DNA of 64,000 nt from Antedon mediterranea. Its lineage: Eukaryota > Animalia > Echinodermata. Both the position numbers and the translations under genes were made by a program. The first letter of the stretch is position 1. Each line of letters opens with the position of its first letter. Below, one piece after another: positions 12,501 to 23,600 of this stretch. The stretch is from the NCBI RefSeq assembly GCF_964355755.1, contig NC_092676.1:5495888-5559887 (forward strand), written 5' to 3'. The notes under the pieces were generated by a model. That model was not told the DNA's origin. It did not search any database and saw only the letters and a program-made list of their open reading frames with translations.

Positions 12501-14450
12501 TATTTTTTTTATCTGTGTAATATTTTAATGATGAATTATATCAAACACATATCTTTAAATTAGTTGATTATTATCATTGATAAAGTGAAAAATTAGCAAG
12601 GACAAGTTTACTGATTTTATTTATTTTAAGATATGTTTTAAGCTCTGTCTATATACTATCAAACTGATTTGACGAAAAAGTGTGATTTGCCCAAATATGG
12701 TGGTGATATTCCCAAATATGGTAGTGATATTCCCAAATATGGTAGTGATATTCCCAAATATGGTAGTGATATTCCCAAATATGGTAGTGATATTCCCAAA
12801 TATGGTAGTGATATGACATCATCATGACCATATATGAGCATATCACATTTTTTGTCACATAAAGTTTGATACATGCAGACGGAGCTTTAAAATAGTCAGA
12901 TACCTTCTTGAAATACACAAATGCGCTACTAGATTTCTGTTTAAGTAACAAGAGCACCTGCTAAGTCCCGCCCGTATGAATTTTATAATTTTTTTGAACA
13001 TAAAAATCAAAAGAAATTAGAAAAGGTTTCATCTTAGAACTTAATAATAACAATTCACACTGTGTTGTTCAAGATCAATCAAATCACATCATGATCAGTA
13101 AGGGCAATTAATAACAATTTTATTTTTCTATTTGATTATAATTTTCACCAAAGAAAGTGTAAATATTGCCTTTAATTTTTAATGAGATACACCCAACTTA
13201 TACTTATTTTGCATTTATTTCCTTTTGTGTTTATTCATTCGTTAAATTAGTTTAGTTGCCAGCGGGTATTTCAAGAAACGCATTGAAGGGTAACATGTAA
13301 TTCTAATTTCTGAATGTTGGTACAGGACTATTTAAAACCTATCCCAAAATATAATAATAGTGTCCTTTAAGATACAACAAAAATAATAACTAAACAGTAA
13401 TTATTATGTTGCTTTATTTACTTTGACTCTTACAGGTACTCTGATTTCTCAAGTCTCTGTTGCCTCGTGGGCGCCATCGATGTCTGCGAGCCTTCAGATG
13501 CATTTTCATCGTGTGAAGACTTGCTAAAAAATGAACTTCTCCGTGTGTTGATGATGATTATCGGGTTATCTTCGGTCATTGGGAATGTTGTTGTTATCGT
13601 TTCACGAAAGTTTAAAAAGGATAATGATTCAGGTAACAATGTTAATAAGGTCCAAACCACACTAATTACTAATCTTGCCGTGTCTGACTTGCTAATGGCA
13701 GTCTACCTGATCATCATTGCGAGTGCGGATATACACTTTCGTGGACGGTACGCGACAGCTGCAAGGAATTGGAAGAGCAGTTTTCTTTGCAGCTTTGCCG
13801 GGGCAATTTCTACTATCTCTGGGCAATGCTCAGTGTTTACACTGATGCTGCTGAGTGTGGATAGAGCTATTAACATTGTTAATCCATTTAGTACGAAACG
13901 CCTCAATCGTACAAAATGTAGAATCATTATCGGCTTGGCATGGCTATTTTGGATTGTGCTGAGTTTTCTTCCAATAACAGATATTTCATATTTTGGGGAT
14001 AATTACTATGGCAAAGAGAGTGTGTGCCTCGCTCTGCCGCTGACAAAGAGTCATTGGCAAGGCTGGGAGTATGCAGTCGCCATGTTTGTTGTATTTAACA
14101 GCATCGGGTTCATTGTAATAACAGTGAGCTACCTCGTAATCTTCTTATCGGTAAAGAGATCGGGGGCCACTGTCAATAGACGACAGATGAGGAAGGAACA
14201 GTTGAAAATGGCGAGGAAACTAGGCTTAATAGTTTTCACAGATTTCTGTTGCTGGGGTCCGATTATAGTAATGGCAATTGGTTCTGAGATGGGTTGGATG
14301 ACGATTCCTGATGAAATATATGTTTGGGCAGCGACATTCATCATCCCCATCAACTCCGCAGTCAATCCTTATCTTTACACAATTGCTTATATGTTTAAGT
14401 GCAAAGTTCGTCAACCGGCAGTTGTACAGATTCCACTTAATACATTGTGA
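582..14450 (+). CDS. Leucine-rich-repeat-containing GPCR (GRL101/type-C LGR-like), 17 coding exons, about 802 aa
   Basis: Exons 582-870 (signal-peptide-like start plus T/D/V/P-rich stretch), 2356-2485 (LRRNT, CPVYCYC...RC), LRR exons 3244-3315, 4051-4122, 4511-4582, 4972-5043, 6485-6556, 7133-7204, 7559-7630, 8538-8609, 9180-9221, 9668-9733, 10437-10508, 10682-10753, 11494-11568, 12012-12083, and 13436-14450 (hinge LCC..C.PSDAFSSCEDLL plus 7TM). All introns GT-AG with compatible phases; total 2409 nt. The first exon and inclusion of every LRR exon are less certain than the 7TM exon. Confidence 0.85.
1249..2310. mobile_element. Non-autonomous DNA transposon with about 15-bp TIRs in GPCR intron 1
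   Basis: Ends caacggcgcagatcc ... ggatctgcgccggtg; no clean target-site duplication. Confidence 0.65.
3406..3461 (+). pseudogene. Decayed LRR exon copy (also about 5841-5897; fragment near 2880)
   Basis: Same upstream intron context (cagcttgaatattgtaat...actttga). Sequence ...ccgaataagtatttgatag...ttgacag lacks 17 nt between two GTA motifs relative to intact exons, and the donor is degenerate. Confidence 0.7.
5430..5523 (+). pseudogene. Inactivated LRR exon copy (pseudo-exon)
   Basis: Acceptor ttgaag is intact, but a G-rich insert adds a net 22 nt at the variable codons and the donor gtaagt is replaced by ttaatt. Confidence 0.85.
12640..12887. mobile_element. MITE family A; other full or partial copies near 23234-23373, 23929-24087, 34527-34681, 36000-36131, 41262-41409, 41614-41745, 48929-49071 and 55839-56002
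   Basis: TIR aagctctgtctacactatcaaact of about 24 bp, usually TA-flanked, with an internal 21-bp unit ccaaatatggtagtgatat(tc); nine copies seen. Confidence 0.9.
13436..14450 (+). CDS. Terminal exon of the LRR-GPCR: hinge plus rhodopsin-class 7TM domain
   Basis: Acceptor tacag ends at 13435. The ORF has seven hydrophobic segments and the motifs NLAVSD (TM2), SVDRA (TM3), VCLALP, FTDFCCWGP (TM6) and PINSAVNPYLY (TM7), typical of relaxin-receptor/GRL101-type LGRs. Confidence 0.97.
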
Positions 14451-16022
14451 TTTAATTATTTATTGTGCAAATCTATATTTTAGCGTTTTGCTTATGACAT
14501 TTTCATCTATAGTATTCATGTGATCTTTTGCATTTAAATAGAAGTATTATATATTTGATAACAGTGATTTCACTTTAAATTGTTACATTAGTAGATTAAG
14601 TTTATCTTATAATAGTTTAGTTCCTCCCCATATCGACATTTTTTATTTCCAGTCGTCCTCTTTTTTGTCGTAGTTGATGTGTTTGTGTTGTAATTGTCTT
14701 ATGTTTCTGTTAACCATGCTAAGTGGCTGGCGGGTTTGTTTCTGCTGTTGTTTTTCGTTTAAAAGTTAAAAATAAATAAATTGTAGTTCATATTTTTGTT
14801 AGCCGGTCTACATAGACTAATCTGTGTCAAATCTATAGGTCAGTTTGCTTATTATATATTGACTGTTTCATACATAATTATGATAAGTTATTCATTATCT
14901 TTCTCAATCCTGTCGATTTGACATCTGTTAGCAAACGATATTTTGTAACGTTACATTTCAATCTTATATTCATATCTAAAGTTACGGAGAATAACATATA
15001 ATGTATAGCATAGTATCAACCAATTTTGTTGTCAAAAATAGGCCTTCATTTAATTGTTTTGACCAAAAAAAATCCTTATATCATTTCAACAAAATAATAT
15101 TCGTTAAAACTGCATTTTGTATATATTATTTCTGTAACCAATTTCTATTTTAAACATTTTTTTTAACGAAATGGCTAATTTACAGAATGAAAAAGCACAT
15201 GGAAAGTTGATGTGTGAAAAAGATTTAATAGCTATATTTAGATATAACTTTCAATGCAATTTATTAATGTTTTAAATATTAAATGATTATCATTACGTAA
15301 CGATTTAGTGAAGTTTGAAGAATGTAGTTTGATAATGCTATATTATATGTTAAGATTTTGTATTCATTATTCATTATGCTGTTTGACTTTTGTATCAAAT
15401 TTTCATGGAAAAATCTATTGTCTCCTAAAAACATGCAAAATGAAAAAAAAATAATCAGACTTTGTAATGGGCCATTTGGTAGTTTTAATAACGTTATTCA
15501 CTTCTGTAGAAAAAAATAAATAAACATAATTATTTAACTTTTCACTATTTCACAATAAAAAGCAACGGTTAATTTTAACCAAAAACCATTGTCTGGCAGA
15601 CAATTTAGGTGTTTTTTTGCTTTAAATTACATTTTTTCAGGTAAAATTTTTTTTGATCCAATTTTTGGTCAAATAAATGGCTATTATAGGATATTAAAAT
15701 GGCATAGACCTATTCAACAAAAATTTAAAAAAAATTTTTTCATTGGTGCTATTTTAGATAAAAACAATTCATAAATGTAGTTTTGTGTATGATAAATTAA
15801 TTAGTTGACGATTTAGTCAATTTAAAAAAGAATTTATTAGTATAGTTTGTTAATGTTTATTATTGTTTTAATTATCTGAAGGTTTTAATAGATTTAAACA
15901 ATTCATAAATGTATAGTTTTTGTTGGTAATCGGTAAATATTTTAGTAGATTTCGAGATTGTTGTTTGGTAATGTTTTTTGTCATACTTTTGTAACAGATT
16001 TTCTAATGCAAACATCTTGTTA

Positions 16023-16161
16023 AGGCCAATTTACACAGACTAGCGGTTACGGTAAGCGGAAAAGCGGGTAGATTGTCCAACCTGTATCTATCCTGTGGGC
16101 GTTTCCGCTCATAGTTTTGTTCACTGCTTTCCGTTATCGCTCGTCTGTGTAAAATTGGCCT
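16023..16161. mobile_element. Short MITE
   Basis: Ends ttaaggccaatttacacagac ... gtctgtgtaaaattggccttaa. Confidence 0.8.
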
Positions 16162-16414
16162 TAAGGAAGTAATCACCCTTAAGATTAATGTCAATCCTCT
16201 ATTAAAAAGATAATTTGAAAATAAGTGTTATTATGTGTGTGTTATAATTTGAGTATTCAAACAAAAGGACATCATTTTATCATTCGTGTTACACCGTTCG
16301 GCACTGGAATTATAAAAGACTCTACACAAATATATTTTTAAACTAGCAAATTTTTTAACATACTGTTATTCTTCAAGTCATCTTTCCCGCGATCATGTTC
16401 ATTTTAATCGTTTA

Positions 16415-16686
16415 AGCTTGGTTCCCATTAGGACGCAACGCAAACTTGGAGTGGAGCTGTGGCTTGGTGGTTATGATGCTTGGCTACCAATCTAAGGGTC
16501 CTGGGTTCAAGTCCTGTCATATGTCAGGGTTTTTTTCTCATGACAATTTACAACTCCACTCCCAAAGACCTAATAATAAGTCTTTGTTTATGTAGAGCAT
16601 CTTGTGTATGTGTTTGTCTTGTGAAATTATTAAATAGTTTATCCATCCTGTAATTGGCGGGTTACTCGCTGTTGGATGAGTATGAA

Positions 16687-16717
<31 letters not shown>

Positions 16718-16827
16718 CGAGTTGACCAATGACAAGCAAAAGATTGAATAAACCCTTCGCTTTTGATTGGTCAAACCCCTTGCGTTGCGTTACGCCGTTG
16801 TGTTGTTGCGTCTCTAGTGGAACCAAT
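16415..16827. mobile_element. MITE family B interrupted by a SINE; other copies near 35651-35840, 55438-55590 and 56930-57175
   Basis: TIR (ctt)ggttcccactag ... ctagtgggaacc(aag) with internal acgcaa repeats and ttgaccaat.acaagc motifs. Confidence 0.8.
16448..16717 (+). mobile_element. tRNA-derived SINE with poly(A) tail
   Basis: A box tggcttggtgg, B box gggttcaagtcc, body shared with the copy at 58095-58249, and a tail of about 29 A. Confidence 0.85.
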
Positions 16828-17188
16828 CATTAGTAATTGTTATACGGTAGAGTAGTGTATGTGCTGCGGCCTATGAGCAATTTTATTCAATATAGATTGT
16901 ATGCCGAGTATTAACATATTTAAAGACCACTACAGTAGGCCTACTGTAACTGTGGTCTTTTCTTCAATTATACACGACAGACAACCGGAGCCACACTTCT
17001 CACCGTTTATATGCGTGCCTGTGTGTAGATCTAATAGCAAACGTAATTTATGAAAGCCAAGTACATTTTAATATATTCAGTCTCATAATTCATTTAATGC
17101 AATGTTTAAACAGAGAGGATATAACAATATCCAGGCTTTAAACTTACACATTTTGTTCCACTTTATCTGATATGAGCCATATATGTGG

Positions 17189-18819
17189 CTGGGGCGGATC
17201 CAGAAAATTTTGAGAGGGGGGGTCCGCCGATAAAAAGGGCACATCAGATATTGAGTATTTGAGCCACAGCCCCCCCATGGTGGGGGTTGTGGCGAAGCGA
17301 ATTTTGTTACAGGACACACTTAGATGGCCGGAAATGGCACTCTCGCACGCAAAATCCATGATAAATGGCACCTTTCTAGTTCGCCGGAAATGACACTTTA
17401 TTAGCAGGGATAACGATGCAAAATTAAAAGTTGTTATTTTTCAACCAATTTAAACATTATCTGTTGGTATTTTGTTTCAATATTCCAATAAAGAAAGAAT
17501 TACGAAAATCTGACTTGTAGTTTTCGAAATATAGGGTCTAAAACATTGCCGAAAATGATCGTTTTTAGCCACGAACGTTGTAAACAAATTGCGCCATTTT
17601 TCGCTAAAATAATTACATATAATTACGTTTTATAGTAATTTCTTTTATATATCAACATTGGAAATATCAATAAAATATGTTATTAAATGTTTATAAAATA
17701 TATAGAGTTGTTTATTTAACGGAATTCGTACAAATTCATTGCTCTAAATTTGTGTAGAGTACCGTTCAGTACAGAGAGATCACGTGACTTCTTGGTACAC
17801 GCGCACGAGAGAAAACATTCCGCTGTGGGTGTGATTCGTGTCCACCCACCAATCCAAAATAGCCAGAATCCAAAATCTTTCAACCGTGAGCTCTGCCGAT
17901 CGCGGGAAAGCTCAGCTTTGATTGGCTTACGATGAAATCATATCACAAAATGGTGGTTTTGTAGTTGAGCCTCACGTAATTTTCACAAATATTGTTTCAA
18001 AAATGAAATAAATGAACCTTCTTTATGGTATGTGTGATTTTTCTTTAAAAGATTTGAATAATAAAGGCTTCATGTCGAGAAAAAAACATTTTTTTGGCAC
18101 TTATAATAAATATTTCTCAGAGAAAAAAGCACATGGCTTGTAGAACTATATTATCTTGGCGTAGGAAGACAAACAAATCCCAGGTCATGAGAGGCTCAAC
18201 TATAAAAACAAGGTTGAATAGTATAGAAGTGTAAGGACCGTTCGATGATTTTTGAGTAAACAATCTACCGTGTATCATGGTCGTACGCGGTAGATAGTAC
18301 GATATTTTAACTACATTTTTTACATGTTTGGTTGGATGTAATGGAAATAAAAAATAGTTGATCTGATGGAATGATATGTGAATAAACAAATACTCAAAAG
18401 AATTATGTTTACAGTTCAATTATTTTCAGAATAATAATACATAAAAATGTGTTTACCAATGGACAAATAATCGCGTCAATGACAGAGCGCGCATGGTAAC
18501 GTACGCGGAGTTGAATCGTAAAAAGTTTACATGCGCCCTCTGTAGTATGCGAAACGATCTATTTTTAGAAGTTTAAGTAGAGATCATCACGCATCACCAC
18601 CTCTCACAATGCTCTTTGATCGGCCGCCGTAACTTAACATCGCGCTCATTGTGATAAATTTCTGTTTTTATTTTTGGGGTTAGTGTAGCTTACTCTGTGC
18701 ATACTAATATACACACAAATATGTCACACGAATTAAATATTGAACCTCTAAAAAAAGGGCACCCTTAAAATTTAGGGGGGGTCCGGACCCCGTGGACCCC
18801 CCCTCTGGATCCGCCCCAG
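17189..18819. mobile_element. 1.6-kb non-autonomous DNA transposon
   Basis: TIRs ctggggcggatccag ... ctggatccgccccag flanked by the 5-bp direct repeat tgtgg (17184-17188 and 18820-18824). Confidence 0.85.
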
Positions 18820-18824
18820 TGTGG

Positions 18825-18990
18825 ATGATGCGCGTCAAAAAATTGTTTCTGATTGGTCAGTAGTTCATTGTAACGACGACGGACTTTTACCACGCACGTA
18901 CGTCCACACACGCGTATTAAAAAGAACCTATTTTGGTATTACCCCACCTAGAGTCGAAGAAATGTCATGTGTACTGTATTGAAATGTGGT
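18825..18990 (+). promoter_or_regulatory. Candidate LTN1 promoter / non-coding first exon
   Basis: CpG-rich patch with a reverse CCAAT box (gattgg near 18851) and a possible donor gtg|gtacgt near 18989, about 1.7 kb upstream of the ATG exon. Inference only. Confidence 0.3.
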
Positions 18991-19622
18991 ACGTATATTT
19001 TGTATTGATTGTGCAACAGCATGTTGTGTGTTGTTTAACTTGTTCTTTTATTTATGCTAGTAAATTTATTATATGCACGTTTTTATCTGTTAGTTATATT
19101 TATAAGGACCAGGCCCTAGGCCTATTTTCGATATTGTTTTGTGTGTTTACCTAGTCGTAAGCCGCAAGCTAGGCCTAGGCCGGAGAGAGGGAGGAGGATT
19201 ATTGTTGTAAATGTCAATGAGGAAAGTAGGCTGTCGTATACGTTATCATAATTTAAAGTCATTTCGCCTCTAGCCTTGGCCTATTCCCTTTTGTAGCTCT
19301 TTGACCTTAATCGGATGTTGTCGATTGCTCTAAATAATATTATAATTGTAATCAAAGGAGATTTGTTATTAACTAAATATTCGCTGGGATAGAGATATCG
19401 CATAGTATACATACTAGGCCTACTAGTAGGCTAGTCATAATAAATAATTTTTTGTTTAGTTTAGGCCTATATTGTAAGCTTACCCCGTGGCCCATACATA
19501 AAGATACGTTATCATAACTTTGCTGCTACTGTGGCTGCTAAGTACGATATATTTAATATTTATGCCTATGGGAAGATCAGTTTTCCATTCCTCTTTCTTG
19601 CTCCGCCAATAGAGGATAGATA

Positions 19623-19830
19623 TGAGTGAGTGGCCAAGCGGTTAAGACAGTGGAACTATATTACCCTGCCCTATTAATATCTGCGAGGGTTCGAGCCTCA
19701 CTCTCTCCATGGTTCTGGTGGTAGAACGAGTCTTCTCGTATAAGGACAATAAACTGTGTAGGTACACATCTGGCTCATGTGAACCTAGTTTTGAAGGGGT
19801 TACCCTGGTGTACTAGTATGCAATCAGCCA
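19623..19830 (+). mobile_element. tRNA-derived SINE, second family; truncated copy near 21950-22032
   Basis: A box tggccaagcggttaag and B box gggttcgagcc, followed by a SINE-like body. Confidence 0.7.
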
Positions 19831-20195
19831 CTGTCACACACAGACACTGTCACACACAGACACTGTCACACACAGACACTGTCACACACATACACTGTCA
19901 CACATAGACACTGTCACACACAGACACTGTCACACACAGACACTGTCACACACAGACACTCACACACACACTGTCACACACATACACTGTCACACATAGA
20001 CACTGTCACACATAGACACTGTCACACACAGACACTGTCACACACAGACACTGTCACACACAGACACTGTCACACACAGACACTGTCACACACATACACT
20101 GTCACACATAGACACTGTCACACATAGACACTGTCACACATAGACACTGTCACACACAGACACTGTCACACACAGACACTGTCACACACAGACAC
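19830..20195. repeat. 16-bp minisatellite (cacacagacactgtca)n
   Basis: More than 20 tandem copies visible. Confidence 0.95.
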
Positions 20196-20644
20196 TTATC
20201 ATAATTGATCAAGAGGGCCCCTTGCTTGTCAGCATACGCTGTTTAGGGTCAGCCTCTATAAATAATAAGGTGAAATTAAAATAATTAACTATATTCTAGT
20301 AGTAGTTATAGTACAAGCATGGTTTTTCTTTCCATTACCACTCGTATGTGTACATTTTCCGTAAAACTGATAGGTGTTTTATTACTACTAGAGTAATTTT
20401 AATTTACCTATAATAGTAATAAATAGTGTCATTTTTAACCATATTTATAATTCAATTGTGGACATTTTAATCTGATATATTATTATATTTTAAAATTGAA
20501 ACATTGTAAAGCTTAATTTATAAATTTTAATAACCACAGCTTTGATGTACAGTAGTTTCATTAGGAAAACACATGTGAAACTACTGCTAGTGTCCTACTG
20601 TATAACTATAATTGTGTTGGTAACGTGAGGGATAAACAAACAAC

Positions 20645-23600
20645 ATGGGTGGCAAGCAGCGAACAAAAGGAAATGCACGGGTAAGTTTAAAATAATTGTA
20701 TTATATTCAAATCTACAAATCACTCACGGTTTAAAGGATTTTTCAACTTTTATTTGGAGACACTTTGGTACAATACAGTACAAAACAGGGGCAGATCCAA
20801 GGTTGGAGAGGTGCCAGCCGGCCCGGACCCCCCTAAATTTCACAAATTGTAATGCAAAAGATAGAACATCAAATTAAGCTCAGCCCTTCATCATTAATTA
20901 ATTAATTAAATCGATGCGATCAGTTGATACAGTTGGGCGGCTGCCGAGACTAAACAGCGTTTTAATCTGGCGGCTCGGCATTGTGTTTGTAGATTGGAGA
21001 ATGTTGTGTAATTGATACGTGACGTAACAACTCGCGAAACATGGTCAAATTACTGATATTTTTGCCTTTTTTTTGTGTTTATCCTTAAAATTCAGGAAAG
21101 TGACATAGTCTATCGTGTGCGTCCCATCAATAAACATCAGTGTGCCAAATGTGAACATGTACCGTTCAGTATTTTTGAAGGTGATACGTAAAATACGTAA
21201 TAATATATATATGTAGGCTGAGCATTTTTTGAACCCCATATCATCAATACTTGTCCAATAGCTTTTTGAATGTTAAAACTGTTGGTGTGCGCTGAAACAA
21301 ATTTACAATATTTAAACCATTGTTCGACCATCTGCGGTCATAATTTTTAAATTATTTTCTGAACGGAAAGGGGATTCCCCTACATAGCAACCACTGTGTT
21401 ACCACTTGTGACGTCACACACTGCACGCCTACCTCTTGATAATATATAGAGGGTGCTGTTGACCAAAAAAAAAACACTCACCTCTCGTTTTTTTAACTTC
21501 AGATGTTGGCATGTATGAAATGTTAAGAAATAAATAGCAGTTATCTGTTGATAACCAACTTCTATAAATAAAATTCCTATCAACCATTTTTTTTCCTCCT
21601 CAGCCTTCAAGCAGTGGAAGAGCAGCTGAATTATTAGAACGATCCAATCAAGGAACAGGTTTTGTAGGGTTTGGCACAATGTCAGGTGACCTGGGTTACG
21701 TGCCTACTGCTGTTGGTGCTGACGATTTTGATTCATGCCTTGACCCTGAAATTCGACTTGCTTTGCGTAAATTAACCAAACGGGACGCTATTACCAAGTT
21801 AAAGGTAAAGTGATTAACAACGTGAGTTGGTTTCCCGAATGATCGTAAAATCAAAACTCAATTCACTAATTTTACGGAACTTGGTCACCACCTATCCGAA
21901 GATCGGTTTTCCATTCCTCTTTCTTGCTCCGCCAATAGAGAATAGATATGAGTGCGTGGCCAAGCGGTTAAGACAGTGGTACCGTATTACCCTCCCTGCC
22001 ATATTAACATCTGCGACGATGGTTCGAGCCTTACCATGTCACCATGCCAATCCATACATGTAATTATGCATCCAAAATTTGAAATTAAATTACAAAAAAG
22101 TTGATCAAAAGTTTGTCTCATTTTTTTTTCTCATCCAGGCAATGCAAGAACTTGCAAGTCTATGCAAGGAGAAGGAGGAAGATTCTGTAGGAGGAATATT
22201 ACCTCACTGGCCTAGACTATACAGCAAACTGGCATTGGTAACAATGTTAATGTTATTAAGTCATTTTTTCATTGCTTTTCATTCTAAATTACTATTATCT
22301 CCCAAAATTTGCAGTAAAGCAAAATTGAAAAGCTAATTTATTTTTTTAAACATAACGCACAATGTACTGATTTCACAGCAAATGTATGATTTTTTATATA
22401 TAAACACAACAGGCACAGAATAAATTCTAAAACCACCTAGTGAAACACTGAAATTTAATTAATTTGAAACGATAAAGGCAAAGAAATCTGTAAGAATGAG
22501 AAAATATCTATTTATATATAGTGCCGTCTATTTCAATGATTGGTGTTACGATTAAAAAGAAAACATTATATCACCCTCTATTGTTTGATCACACTTTCAT
22601 AAAATGTTCAATTCTCTTCAATTTTGACCTTATCTGCAAAGACATCTGTATTCTACAGTCCAGATATCTGGTAACATAAAATTTCACAACATGAGAAAAT
22701 AAGTTTGTGATAGAAAGGTAGAATCAATAAAAAAAAATGTATATTTAGAATTTTTATTGGAAACCAATAAATAAAACAAAATTAATATTTAATTATTTTT
22801 ATTTACAGGATTATGATAAAAGAGTTCGTGAAGCAACCCAGTACGCATTTGAACAGATTTGTTTAAGGGTTGGACGAAAGTTAGCACCTCATTTGCGCTC
22901 TTTAATGGGCGTTTGGATCGTATCGCAATGTGACACGTACGCCCCAGCATCCTCTGCGGCCAAGTCGGCATTTCAAAAAGCATTTTCAACTGTGAAGCAG
23001 AGAGAAGCAGTCGCCTATTGCAAAGCAGAAGTTTTGGAGGTAAACAATAGTAATAATAAATAAATATTTCTGAAAATAATATATAAATATGATAAATAAT
23101 TTTCTTTTATTATTTTATTCCATATTGATATTACAACAATTAGTAGTATGATGTACTAGATAATATCTTTTCCTATAGACAGGTGTCGTTGACCTCGCTA
23201 TGACCTGAATGTGTGACGTTTAAACATGGCTATTGCTCTGTCTGCACTATCAAAGTTGTTTGACAAAAAAAGTGTGCCCAAATATGGTAGTGATATTCTT
23301 AAATATGGTAGTGATATGATATGGGCACATCACATTTTTTTATCACATAAAGTTTGATAGTGCAGACAGAGCTTTAGAATCCCCCTTTTAAAAACAAAAT
23401 TGGCTAAAAAAAAACAAGTTTATTGGACAATTACTTAAATTAGGTAATTAGAGGACAGCAGATAAATAGATGCTGAAATTTACTTAAATTATTAGTTTGT
23501 TAAACAATATCTAATAATATAAAATGAACTACAATTACTGCATTATTTATGCCAACTCTTTGTTTAAAATCACAGCATCTTCAGGATAACCTTTTTAACC

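Noticed and set aside
12649-12957. YHYHIWE / ISLPYLG repeat ORFs
   Set aside because: They are translations of the 21-bp MITE internal repeat.
16451-16520. Possible tRNA genes (also near 19625, 25570 and 58180)
   Set aside because: A and B boxes are present but I see no convincing cloverleaf, and each is attached to a repeat body, so they are SINE-type heads.
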